The translations under genes were made by a program, and so were the position numbers. This document shows positions 10,731-20,528 of a DNA stretch of 64,000 bases, one piece after another; position 1 is the stretch's first letter, and every line of letters starts with the position of its first letter. This DNA is from a virus. The notes under the pieces were generated by a model. The model saw nothing but the letters and a program-made list of their open reading frames with translations, made no database searches and was not told the DNA's origin. The stretch lies in IMG/VR virus record IMGVR_UViG_3300021961_005592, positions 32,001 through 96,000 of that record; one strand, 5' to 3'.

Positions 10731-12224
10731 ATGGCTTATCAAATTGATAGATATAATAATACAACTTTAACAATAGTTGAAGATGGTACCGTAGATCAAA
10801 CCACAGACCTTAAATTTATAGGTAAAAACTATGCTGGTTACGGTGAAATTCAAAACGAAAACTTTCTGTTTTTGCTAGAAAACTTTAGTGGAGCCAATGC
10901 TCCGCCTAGAGCACTTAGCGGACAGTTGTGGTTTGATAGTGCAAATAGCAAACTAAAGTTTTATGATGGTACTCGATGGAGAACAACAGGTGGCTCTTCA
11001 GTACAAACACTAGAACCAACTGGTTTAACTGATGGCGATTTTTGGTGGGATAGTGCAAATGATCAGCTTTATGTATACAATGGTGCAAATTATGTACTAA
11101 TTGGTCCTCAAAACGCCGGCGAAGGCGTAACACAAATGATAAGTCTTGAGGTACTAGACAATACTGGAACTACAAGAAGTATTATAGCATCAACTATTGA
11201 AGACGAAGTTATATCCGTCATTAGTCCTTTAGAGTTTACCCTTAGCTCAAATGAGGTACTGTATGGACAGGGATTTGATAGAATTAAGAAAGGTGTTACA
11301 CTTGTTTGGACTAGAGCCAGCGATAACGGCATAACTAACTCAGCTGGATCGTCAGGTAAAGATTTTCGTTTTTGGGGAACTGCATCTAATGCAGACAAAC
11401 TAGGCGGCCTTGATGCATCAAACTATATTACTACACAAACCGGCGTTCCAACTGTGTTTACTACTTTAGTACAGTTTCCAGATAACGGAGTTTCTGTAGG
11501 TGATTCATTAGATTTTAAATTTTATGTTGAAAACGGTGACGAAGGCATTATTGAAAATCAAACTGGTATTGGCAGTGAGGTTAAATTTAAGACAACAGAT
11601 CAAGTAGGAACTGTTGTCCATTCTATAACAGTTAACCATACTGGGCTAGTTCCTGCTGCTGATAACACATTTAGTATAGGTACTGAAAGCCTTAGATTCG
11701 GTACTATAAATGCTGTTACTTTTACAGGTACATCTAATAAAGCAGAGTCGTTAAGAGTAGACTCTAACTACAGAACTGCAAGTGTTAGTGCAAATGCAAA
11801 TACCATAGTATGTAGAACTACATCTGGAGATATTGCAGCAAACTTGTTTCAAGGTATTGCTACACAAGCACGTTATGCTGACTTAGCTGAAAAGTATCTC
11901 ACAGACCAAGATTATCCAGTTGGTACAGTTGTCGCGGTAGGCGGTGAAGCAGAAGTTAGAGCAGCGAAAGTAAGTGACCTAGCAGTTGGTGTTATAAGTG
12001 ACAAGCCTGCATATTTAATGAATGCAGAGGCCGACGGACAAGCTGTTGCTCTAAAAGGTAGAGTGCCAGTAAGAATTTCTGGTCCTGTTTCAAAAGGAAT
12101 GCCAGTATATGCTTGGCAAGACGGTGTTGCTTCAACTATAGCATCGAACGGCTTAGTTGGCATTGCACTTGAGACAAATAACGAGGAAAGCGAGAAGTTA
12201 GTTGAATGCGTATTAAAGGTCTAA
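10731..12224 (+). CDS. Tail fibre protein with C-terminal auto-cleaving chaperone-like (Peptidase_G2/IMC-type) domain
   Basis: Shared N-terminal module; C-terminal ARYADLAEKY...GVISDKPAYLMN...VALKGRVPVR...GIALE. Confidence 0.75.
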   Translation: MAYQIDRYNNTTLTIVEDGTVDQTTDLKFIGKNYAGYGEIQNENFLFLLENFSGANAPPRALSGQLWFDSANSKLKFYDGTRWRTTGGSSVQTLEPTGLTDGDFWWDSANDQLYVYNGANYVLIGPQNAGEGVTQMISLEVLDNTGTTRSIIASTIEDEVISVISPLEFTLSSNEVLYGQGFDRIKKGVTLVWTRASDNGITNSAGSSGKDFRFWGTASNADKLGGLDASNYITTQTGVPTVFTTLVQFPDNGVSVGDSLDFKFYVENGDEGIIENQTGIGSEVKFKTTDQVGTVVHSITVNHTGLVPAADNTFSIGTESLRFGTINAVTFTGTSNKAESLRVDSNYRTASVSANANTIVCRTTSGDIAANLFQGIATQARYADLAEKYLTDQDYPVGTVVAVGGEAEVRAAKVSDLAVGVISDKPAYLMNAEADGQAVALKGRVPVRISGPVSKGMPVYAWQDGVASTIASNGLVGIALETNNEESEKLVECVLKV

Positions 12225-12233
12225 GGAACAAGC

Positions 12234-13184
12234 ATGGCAGACGTAAGTGCAGAACGACTTAATAATCTACAAGGTAGATTAGCACTAATACTCGGAAATG
12301 GTGCAGGTCAAAACGGATACGGTCAAACTTTAGAAAGTTATCCTGTTTCTAAGACAGATGGTAGCGTTATCCGAGCGGCTGACATTAATGCAATTTATGC
12401 TGACATGGTTAAAGTTAGAATACACCAAATAGGTACAAGTCCAACAGAAATTGCCGAACTAGTATCAAATCTAAATATTATTGCAGAAGAAACTAGTTTT
12501 TACATAAATGAACAAGGTATTAGCGTAACTGACGAGTACGGTGAGCTAAAAGGTATTTTAGATTACGAAGAATTGATGTCAGTAATTGAAGCTAATAAAA
12601 TGTTAGCAGCGAGTTCTCAGGTTACATTAGAGTCAGGAATAACTAGTTCACGAACAGCTCAATGGAACGGACTAATAACTCATGAATTTACAGTTAATTT
12701 TACAAATGGTGATCATAGACGGCACTTTTTTAACTCAGGCGGCTCTATAAGAATTTCTGGTTCTAATAGCGGCGCCAATGGAGAAAAGGGAAAAGACTGG
12801 AATCAGCTATTACTTAGAACAGGCGGAGTTACATTTAACTGGAATTCAACGGTGCCTGGAAATGAAGGCTCTGGCTCTCAAATAGGAAACTATGCATTAA
12901 CTTCCTCTTATCAAGAAATTTATAGGAAGCAAGGCTCTTCTATTGGCTCTACCTATTCTCAGCTTTATGGAAACAACCTTTATACTATCGAAGCTAGATC
13001 AGCAAGCACTAGTTCTATACAGTTTAAAGTAAAATTCAATGATCTTTCAACAGATTATAATCCCAGTGTTGACAATAACGTTGATGGAAGACTGTATAGT
13101 GTAGTACAACATACTAGAGCAGCTGGTTCTTCTACTGTTGACGTTCTTGCTCCTACTTACACAAATAACGTATCTCTTTCTTAA
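12234..13184 (+). CDS. Putative virion structural protein (paralog A)
   Basis: S/G/N-rich; FTVNFTNGDHRRHFFNSGGSIRIS shared with the next gene. Confidence 0.55.
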   Translation: MADVSAERLNNLQGRLALILGNGAGQNGYGQTLESYPVSKTDGSVIRAADINAIYADMVKVRIHQIGTSPTEIAELVSNLNIIAEETSFYINEQGISVTDEYGELKGILDYEELMSVIEANKMLAASSQVTLESGITSSRTAQWNGLITHEFTVNFTNGDHRRHFFNSGGSIRISGSNSGANGEKGKDWNQLLLRTGGVTFNWNSTVPGNEGSGSQIGNYALTSSYQEIYRKQGSSIGSTYSQLYGNNLYTIEARSASTSSIQFKVKFNDLSTDYNPSVDNNVDGRLYSVVQHTRAAGSSTVDVLAPTYTNNVSLS

Positions 13185-13206
13185 GAGATGCGGTCTTTAG
13201 AGTTAA

Positions 13207-13212
13207 TAAATA
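13207..13212 (+). promoter_or_regulatory. Late promoter core TAAATA
   Basis: Intergenic, followed by AGGAGAGGAG RBS and the ATG at 13234. Confidence 0.6.
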
Positions 13213-13233
13213 CTCTTAGGAGAGGAGTAAACT

Positions 13234-14223
13234 ATGCCAACAACGGTTACTGCAAGTAGATTCAATGCAATAAAAACTCGCATACAATCTGTTCTTGGCG
13301 CATCTACGACCGTTAGTCCAACCTTTGGTTACGGTCAAACAGTTAATACTCCTACAGTTGTCGGTAACTATAATACTAATACATCTAGTACAAGTAAAAT
13401 TGACGATCAGCAGTACCGAAATTTATATATTGATTTAGCTAGAGCAAGAATACATCAAGTTGGATCATCGGCTTTTTCACAAACACCGTTTGTTGTAGGC
13501 GACTTTGAAACTAATACTACAAATACTGATGTAGTTGAAGAAGCATATATTCTAGGTCTTGAAAGTTTAATGACACAAATAGAAACTGATAGATTTTTAA
13601 TACATGAATCTACGCAAGGTTCATTAGAAACTTTAAAAAATAGTGCTGGTTTTTCGCTACAAGGTTCTCGACTACAGTCTTCTAGCGGTACATGGAACAG
13701 GACTCTTTCTTATATTTTTACAGTAACATTTGCTGATGCAACATCTAGAAGAAACTTTTTTAATGCTGGCGGCCAAATTAGAATATCGGGTAATAGAGTA
13801 GCTACAACTTCTAGTAATTCTAAGTCGCTGGACTGGTCTAGCCTATTCAGTTCTGTGGGTAAAGTATCGTTTGCAGCAAACTCTGTATATAGCACAAATA
13901 GTTTTGGTTCTGGGTCAGTTTATGGTAATTACGATTTGATAAGCTCTTATAGAACAATATATACAGGAACATCTAGTGTCTATTCTGGAAACTATTTTAG
14001 AGTATATGCGCTAGAAAACTCAGCAACAGAGATACAATTTCGAGTATATTTTGCGGACGTACATAGTGAAAATATAGACGAACCTATATACGGTGATTTT
14101 TATGTTAATGTTGAGCTTCTTCGCCCTGAAGGAACAGCAACAGTAAATGGAGTGTCAACTAATACTGTTACTATTTCAACTCCTCCTGTCGGTTCAGCAG
14201 TAACCAATCTCATTCAAATTTAA
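13234..14223 (+). CDS. Putative virion structural protein (paralog B)
   Basis: FTVTFADATSRRNFFNAGGQIRIS; S/T-rich; strong RBS. Confidence 0.55.
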   Translation: MPTTVTASRFNAIKTRIQSVLGASTTVSPTFGYGQTVNTPTVVGNYNTNTSSTSKIDDQQYRNLYIDLARARIHQVGSSAFSQTPFVVGDFETNTTNTDVVEEAYILGLESLMTQIETDRFLIHESTQGSLETLKNSAGFSLQGSRLQSSSGTWNRTLSYIFTVTFADATSRRNFFNAGGQIRISGNRVATTSSNSKSLDWSSLFSSVGKVSFAANSVYSTNSFGSGSVYGNYDLISSYRTIYTGTSSVYSGNYFRVYALENSATEIQFRVYFADVHSENIDEPIYGDFYVNVELLRPEGTATVNGVSTNTVTISTPPVGSAVTNLIQI

Positions 14224-14224
14224 C

Positions 14225-14252
14225 TTGACTTCTTTGTCATTGGTGCTATAAT
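14225..14252 (+). promoter_or_regulatory. Sigma70-type promoter at the head of the enzyme cluster
   Basis: TTGACT-N16-TATAAT with extended -10 (TGcTATAAT). Confidence 0.75.
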
Positions 14253-14324
14253 TTAAGCATAGTCGGATCTTCCTGTTCTCACGGAAGCACTTGCATATAT
14301 AAAATAAACATACAGGAGTTTTAT

Positions 14325-14687
14325 ATGGACGAACGCTTAGAAAAAGCTTTAAAGTTTAGCAATTTTATGGTAACGCTAAACAATCAAAAACGTATGCTTA
14401 AAGAAAAATATTATGAAGACTTGTTATATTTTTCAAATGGATGTCAGTTTTCTGTAACAAAGGAATTAATCACATTTGTTGGACTGTTAATTGACAAAGG
14501 CAACGATACAGATATTGTACTTACTGACGATAACGATATCCCTGCTAAGATTTCCGATCTAACCAAATTTTATGATAACATTCTAGACTTATACTTTAGT
14601 GCAGCCAATGAGTATTTTACAAATTACGAAAAATTAAAACAAAGTAGGAAAATAGAGTCGCTGGTAGATTATGACGAAGCAAACTAA
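14325..14687 (+). CDS. Hypothetical protein
   Basis: 120 aa, AGGAG RBS, overlaps the next gene. Confidence 0.75.
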   Translation: MDERLEKALKFSNFMVTLNNQKRMLKEKYYEDLLYFSNGCQFSVTKELITFVGLLIDKGNDTDIVLTDDNDIPAKISDLTKFYDNILDLYFSAANEYFTNYEKLKQSRKIESLVDYDEAN

Positions 14688-15534
14688 AGGCGTAATTGTT
14701 TTTGCTCGCAATAACGGTCAGCTTGATTACGTTAAGCAGGCAGTGTTTTTTGCTAAACGAGTAAAAGAATATCTAGGATTACCGGTATCTATAATTACAG
14801 ACAGTACTGACTATCTAGTATCTAGTTTTGACTTTAGTTTATTTGATAAAATAATTACAGTTGACTACCAAGAAACACGTAATAATAGAGCATACTTTGA
14901 CGGATCTTTATATCATAAAACAGCCCCATTCAAAAACGATATGCGTGACGGAGTATACGATATGTCTCCATATGACGAAACGTTGCTAATGGATGTTGAC
15001 TATATTGTATCTAACAACACTCTATTAAAATGTTTTGACTCTCAGCACAATTTAATGTTGTACAAAGAGTCAAGCGATATTTCAGATTGGCGTGACGCTA
15101 GAGAATTTAATTATATAAGCGATTATACTGTTGACTTTTATTGGGCTACAGTAGTATTTTTTAGAAAAACTCCTGAAAATGAAGTGTTTTTTAGCCTAGT
15201 TAAACATATTAAAGAAAATTGGCATCATTATAGACGAGTTTACCAAATTAAATCAGGATTGTTTAGAAATGATTTTGCATTTAGCATTGCTGTTCATATC
15301 ATGAATGGCTTTAACAAAGGTACATTTGTTGCTCCTTTACCAGGCAAGCATTATTATTCATCTGACAGGGATGTCTTACAAAATATTGACGGAGATAAAA
15401 TAGTTTTGTTAGTAGAAAAAAAAGACTATCTCGGAGAATACACACTAATAAAAGCCAATAAACAGAATATCCATATTATGAACAAATTTAGTCTAGAGCG
15501 TATAATTGACAAGTTAGGAGCAAGCAATGGATAA
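14671..15534 (+). CDS. GT-A fold glycosyltransferase-like protein
   Basis: SPYDETLLMDVDY DxD motif; paralog of the next gene. Confidence 0.7.
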   Translation: MTKQTKGVIVFARNNGQLDYVKQAVFFAKRVKEYLGLPVSIITDSTDYLVSSFDFSLFDKIITVDYQETRNNRAYFDGSLYHKTAPFKNDMRDGVYDMSPYDETLLMDVDYIVSNNTLLKCFDSQHNLMLYKESSDISDWRDAREFNYISDYTVDFYWATVVFFRKTPENEVFFSLVKHIKENWHHYRRVYQIKSGLFRNDFAFSIAVHIMNGFNKGTFVAPLPGKHYYSSDRDVLQNIDGDKIVLLVEKKDYLGEYTLIKANKQNIHIMNKFSLERIIDKLGASNG

Positions 15535-16372
15535 AACTAGAGGTGTAGTAGTACTTGCTCAAAACACCGATGAACATGATTATGTTCTACAAGCCTGTTT
15601 GCTAGCAATGAGTCTAAAAGTTACAAATCCAACTACGCTTATAAGCGTTGTAACAAATAACACAGTTAACGAAGAATACATAAATTTGTTTGACCAAATT
15701 ATTCCAATACCGTTTGAAGATGATGCAGCTGATAGCAATTGGAAAATTGAAAATAGATGGAAAATCTATTATGCAAGCCCGTATGATCAAACCTTAGTTC
15801 TTGATACAGATATGCTAGTGCTACAAGATATATCTAGTTGGTGGAAATTCCTATCAAATTATGAATTATTTTTCACTAGTAAAGTTTTTACCTATAGAAA
15901 CGAAGAGATATCTAGCGATTATTATCGAAAGACATTTACAGCAAACAACTTGCCTAACTTATACAGTGGTCTTCATTACTTTGAAAAGAGTAAATTTGCA
16001 ATTGAATTTTACAAATGGCTAGAACTAGTAATGCAAAACTGGCAATTGTTTTACGGATCTTATGCAAAGGAATTTTATCCTAAACGTCCTAGTATTGACG
16101 TGAGCGCAGCAATTGTAGCTAAACTTTTAGACTGCGATGCTAAGATTACTAACAAGATTAGTAGTTTTCCAACATTTACTCATATGAAACCATATGTTCA
16201 AAATTGGTCTGAACCTAGGAACCGATGGCAAGATTGCGTTGGTACTTACATAACTAGAGATTGTAAAATCAAAATAGGAAACTACGAGCAGCTTGGAATA
16301 TTACATTATACGGAAAACGATTTTGTAACACCTGAAATAATTGAACGTTATAGGAATTATTTAAATGTCTAA
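15527..16372 (+). CDS. GT-A fold glycosyltransferase-like protein
   Basis: SPYDQTLVLDTDML DxD motif; FTHMK; ILHY. Confidence 0.7.
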   Translation: MDKTRGVVVLAQNTDEHDYVLQACLLAMSLKVTNPTTLISVVTNNTVNEEYINLFDQIIPIPFEDDAADSNWKIENRWKIYYASPYDQTLVLDTDMLVLQDISSWWKFLSNYELFFTSKVFTYRNEEISSDYYRKTFTANNLPNLYSGLHYFEKSKFAIEFYKWLELVMQNWQLFYGSYAKEFYPKRPSIDVSAAIVAKLLDCDAKITNKISSFPTFTHMKPYVQNWSEPRNRWQDCVGTYITRDCKIKIGNYEQLGILHYTENDFVTPEIIERYRNYLNV

Positions 16373-17759
16373 TTTTCAAAACTTTTTAAAAAGTTTAAAT
16401 GTAAACATTGATGTTGATATTGAAACTTCTTATGTTGTTTTTGATAAAGAACTAGGAACTGTTGATAGAATATCTAATGTTAAGCCATTAGTTTTAGAAG
16501 ATACTCAAGACGTACTAGAAGTAAAGCATGACGAAGTTGCTAGTATTCTTGAAGGTAAAAGTAATACTAATGAGTTTTTAGTTGCATATGATGTTGTTTT
16601 AAAACAACTAGTACTGAAAAAACTCAGCATAGAAGATGAATTAGAATCAATTGAATCACAACTATATAGATTACCTGTATATAGAAGTAGTTCTAGGTCA
16701 GAAAGACGTACATTACTTTTTGAAAACATCTATGACGGTGTTAATGTTTATATTTGGTCTCCTTTACGTAGTTACAAGAAGGATGACATTATTTGGTATC
16801 AGGGCAATGTTTATATTGTGCAATCAGATATGGAGTCTGCAGACGAATTAGATTTAGAAAAAGTAACTTTGTACATATCTGATGTATTTCTATCTGATGT
16901 AGAAACAAATGTAGACATTCAGATTGTAAATAAAAATTTTAAACCTATCTACGAAGGAATACATGTAGATGTCTGGTATGATGAATTAGATCATTTATCC
17001 GGACAACACGTATGGATTAATAACAGTGTATATAGACTACTGTTAGACCAAGAGGCAGGAACACCGTTTAATATTGAGAATGCAAAACTAGTTGTGTCTA
17101 ATATACAGCTATACGACGATGAAAATAAGTACTTAAAATTTACTGAAAAACTCCAAAACGGAAACAAGGTTTTAAAATTTAATAAAATGTTTATGTATAG
17201 TAGTGAGGTTTCATTACTGGCAGAAAATTCTGCGATAGTGTTTTACCTTGATGATCAGACACCTTGCTATTTTGATGAACCTTCAAAAATGTTAGCAACC
17301 TTAGCTATTAGCTCTCACAATATAAATGAAGAACCACAAGCAACCTTTACTAGTGTAAAAACAAAAGTCGATGTGTACGATCCGTTAACACTTGAATCTG
17401 GTTCTAAGGTATTGATAGGAAAATCATTATCGTTGGTCAGATCAAAAGAAGTCTTTGACAGCGATATAAATCTTGTTCAGAATAATGCAAAAGGTTCATG
17501 GAACATTTATTTAGGTAAAAAAACAGCAAAAGCACTACAGAATACTAATTGGATAGGTATAGACACTATGTATTTTAGTGTAACATCTAAATTTGATCCA
17601 AACGTTCTTTATCGTACACTTGAATTTTCATTAAATGATTTAGTTGCTGGTGCAGAGTATGTGTTTCCGTTCAAGTATGCATGGGAACATTCTAAAGAAG
17701 ATATTAGCGTTTATGCAACAAAATATTTTGAAACTTATGCACATGAGATTGTAGAATGA
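16365..17759 (+). CDS. Hypothetical protein with two ~60-aa internal repeats resembling CBM5/12
   Basis: WSPLRSYKKDDIIWYQGNVY and WYDELDHLSGQHVWINNSVY. Confidence 0.55.
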   Translation: MSNFQNFLKSLNVNIDVDIETSYVVFDKELGTVDRISNVKPLVLEDTQDVLEVKHDEVASILEGKSNTNEFLVAYDVVLKQLVLKKLSIEDELESIESQLYRLPVYRSSSRSERRTLLFENIYDGVNVYIWSPLRSYKKDDIIWYQGNVYIVQSDMESADELDLEKVTLYISDVFLSDVETNVDIQIVNKNFKPIYEGIHVDVWYDELDHLSGQHVWINNSVYRLLLDQEAGTPFNIENAKLVVSNIQLYDDENKYLKFTEKLQNGNKVLKFNKMFMYSSEVSLLAENSAIVFYLDDQTPCYFDEPSKMLATLAISSHNINEEPQATFTSVKTKVDVYDPLTLESGSKVLIGKSLSLVRSKEVFDSDINLVQNNAKGSWNIYLGKKTAKALQNTNWIGIDTMYFSVTSKFDPNVLYRTLEFSLNDLVAGAEYVFPFKYAWEHSKEDISVYATKYFETYAHEIVE

Positions 17760-18682
17760 CAAAATTTAAAGTTATTGATTATGATATCATCTATCTCAGC
17801 TATGATGAACCAAACGCTGAAAAAAACTACGCAGACTTGTGTAAAAAAATTCCATGGGCTAAACGTGTACATGGTGTTAAAGGTAGCGACGAAGCGCACA
17901 AGGCTTGTGCTAGATTAAGTGAAACAGATCGTTTTATTACTGTAGACGGAGATAATGTCGTCCGCGCCGAATTTTTAAATCAAGAAATTGATTTCAACGA
18001 ACATGCAGGCCTCGATAACGCTGTTATTAGTTGGTGTGGAAGAAATGCAATAAACGGTTTGATGTATGGCAATGGCGGCTTAAAATGTTGGCCAAAATCT
18101 TATGTGCTTAATATGAGAACACATGAGGCAGCTGATCCTAAAAATAAACAAGCTCAGGTAGATTTTTGCTGGGACGCACATTATATACAGATGAACAGTT
18201 GTTGGTCTGATGTTTACAATAATGCGACACCTGCACAAGCATGGAGAGCAGGGTTTAGAGAAGGTGTTAAATTGTCTTTAGATAGGGGAGTAAAACCTAG
18301 TAAAGAAAATTTTTTAAAAAATCATTGGCGCTGTTTACATTGGTTGTATATTTGGACTATGGTTGGCTCTGATGTAGAAAATGGTATATGGGCTATCCTT
18401 GGCGCAAGAGAAGGAATTTATAAAACAATGTTAACTGATTGGGACTATGTTAATGTACGAGATTTTTCTTACCTTGACGGAATGTGGGCTGAAGAATTTA
18501 AAAACATGAACGACACTACAGTTCGAGAAAGAACATCAGAACTAGGAAAAATTTTAGTTAAAGATTTAGAATTACCTATAGGCGAAATGCTAACCCCTGA
18601 GCAGAGTATTTTTTTTAAGACAGTATATGAACAACCTGCAAGAACTGATCATCAGCGATTTATTGAAAAGTTAGGACAATAA
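17756..18682 (+). CDS. GT2-like (GT-A) glycosyltransferase
   Basis: DIIYLSYDE...RVHGVKG...FITVDGDN...YGNGGLK...AWRAGFRE; paralog of 32579. Confidence 0.7.
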   Translation: MTKFKVIDYDIIYLSYDEPNAEKNYADLCKKIPWAKRVHGVKGSDEAHKACARLSETDRFITVDGDNVVRAEFLNQEIDFNEHAGLDNAVISWCGRNAINGLMYGNGGLKCWPKSYVLNMRTHEAADPKNKQAQVDFCWDAHYIQMNSCWSDVYNNATPAQAWRAGFREGVKLSLDRGVKPSKENFLKNHWRCLHWLYIWTMVGSDVENGIWAILGAREGIYKTMLTDWDYVNVRDFSYLDGMWAEEFKNMNDTTVRERTSELGKILVKDLELPIGEMLTPEQSIFFKTVYEQPARTDHQRFIEKLGQ

Positions 18683-19894
18683 ATGCAAATTCCTTTATAT
18701 ACAAGATTAGACGGCGACCCAAAGTATAAATTCTGTTGTGGGTTCCCTCTTGAAAACTTAACTGATCAATATTTTGTAAAAACAGATGACCCTACAGGGT
18801 ACTTTGGTTTATATGGCGATCCTTTCAAAGTTGTTTTTAAAGAGTACTCTAATGATAAAAAATACTATTTTCCTATAATTGTAAGTTTTGAACATTCTTT
18901 AGAAATTATAAAAAATATACAAATACCTAAGAATGTTGAACAAGACATTTTAAATAATAATTGCAAAATTTTTGTTACTAACCCATTTGAAGGATGGAGT
19001 TGGGATTTCTGGATAGAAGTAGCGGATGTTATTATTGCAAATAATACTTGGCTTACTTTAGATAAGTTTGTATTTTCTTGCGCAAACGTGCATCCTATAG
19101 ATGAAATACAGACAGTCTATTATAGTTTTTGGGAGAGACAGCCTAGATATGAAAATTTATCTTTCTTCCAAGAAAAGGCACATGTAGAAAAGATTGGTCC
19201 GCGTGTTTCGAGGCCTCACAAGTTTATCTGTTTAAATAGGCGCCCACATGCAGGAAGACTGGCATTAGTATCAGAACTATTTGATTATAAAGATCAAGGA
19301 CTATTGAGTCTTGGACGAAGTGGTCAAATGTATAAAGGATATTATGAAGAACAAGAAGAATTGTTTATGAAAGGGTATCCTACATCATTTGACAAGTATA
19401 TTGAAAAAGATATAAGATCTCATATACCTTTACGTATTAATGATGGAAGAAATCCTGAGTTTGAAAATCCTGTTCATGACTGGGCTACCGAAAAGTTTTT
19501 TGACAGTTATTTACACATATGTCCTGAAACCTATCAATATACTTGTAAAAACAGAACATTTTTCAGTGAGAAAATTTTTAAACCTATCATGTTCTTACAG
19601 CCTTTTGTAATTGTAGGAGAACCGTATGCATTACGTGCATTAAAAAATATGGGATACAAAACTTTTAGTAATTGGATTGACGAAAGTTATGACGGCATTG
19701 AAAACAATGATATGAGATTACGTGCAGCGGTAAGAGCATCTATAGAATTTTTTACAAAGCCTGAAGAAGAATTAAAAGATATTATTTCTGATATGTCTCA
19801 TGTGTTGAGTCATAATTCATCTATGCTTGTTTATAGATCTCTTATGATTGATTTTGAATTAAAAGAATCACTATGGAGATTCTTAAATGACTAG
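18683..19894 (+). CDS. Putative GT-B (GT10/GT47-like) glycosyltransferase, paralog 1 of 4
   Basis: FICLNRRPH...R, HICPET, FFSEKIFKP, QPFVIVG, GYKTF...IDESYD. Confidence 0.5.
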   Translation: MQIPLYTRLDGDPKYKFCCGFPLENLTDQYFVKTDDPTGYFGLYGDPFKVVFKEYSNDKKYYFPIIVSFEHSLEIIKNIQIPKNVEQDILNNNCKIFVTNPFEGWSWDFWIEVADVIIANNTWLTLDKFVFSCANVHPIDEIQTVYYSFWERQPRYENLSFFQEKAHVEKIGPRVSRPHKFICLNRRPHAGRLALVSELFDYKDQGLLSLGRSGQMYKGYYEEQEELFMKGYPTSFDKYIEKDIRSHIPLRINDGRNPEFENPVHDWATEKFFDSYLHICPETYQYTCKNRTFFSEKIFKPIMFLQPFVIVGEPYALRALKNMGYKTFSNWIDESYDGIENNDMRLRAAVRASIEFFTKPEEELKDIISDMSHVLSHNSSMLVYRSLMIDFELKESLWRFLND

Positions 19895-20528
19895 ACTGGT
19901 TACCTTTGGATGTTCATATCCCTATGGTCACGGGTTAAAAGACTGTTACAATTCTAAAGATAAAGGATACGGGCCTACACCAAGCAATTTTGCATTTCCA
20001 GGATTAATTGCGCAACACTGTAATTTTCAAGATGTTAATTTGAGCAGACCTGGAATTAGCAACAAGGGAATAGTGCATAAAATAATGCAATTTGATTTTG
20101 TTAAAGGTGATATATGTTTATTAGCATGGACTCATGTTGATAGGACTTCTCAGATAACTAAAGACGACGATATTGTTTTTATAGGTCCGTGGCAAACTGA
20201 CTCACTTTCAAAAAGTTATTATAAGTATTTTTATGAACATTATGATAATTTGTGGAATACAAAATTGTACATAAACTATGCAAATTTATATTTAAAAAAC
20301 AAAGGCGTCCAGGTTATTAATATACAAGGATACAATGCATCTGAACATATAGAATGGAAAGAATTAGTTGATAAAGATATGATTATGACTTATGAAAATG
20401 TACATTCAGAACCTCTTGATCGTGCATTAGACAATGCACATCCGGGAGAAAAAACTCATAAAAGATTTGCAGAATACATGTTAGTTAGATACGGTTATAT
20501 TTTAAGGAAAAATAAAGTTGAAAATTGA
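19887..20528 (+). CDS. SGNH/GDSL hydrolase-fold protein (Cys-variant block I)
   Basis: TFGCSYPYG, NLSRPGISN, DNAHP. Confidence 0.7.
   Translation: MTRLVTFGCSYPYGHGLKDCYNSKDKGYGPTPSNFAFPGLIAQHCNFQDVNLSRPGISNKGIVHKIMQFDFVKGDICLLAWTHVDRTSQITKDDDIVFIGPWQTDSLSKSYYKYFYEHYDNLWNTKLYINYANLYLKNKGVQVINIQGYNASEHIEWKELVDKDMIMTYENVHSEPLDRALDNAHPGEKTHKRFAEYMLVRYGYILRKNKVEN

Noticed and set aside
2116-13895. Short antisense or alternative-frame ORFs within the structural genes
   Set aside because: Fully nested in long genes, no RBS or motifs; typical shadow ORFs.
14253-14324. Structured leader or riboswitch (CTTCC...GGAAG hairpin)
   Set aside because: Only a 5-bp stem and no recognisable aptamer.
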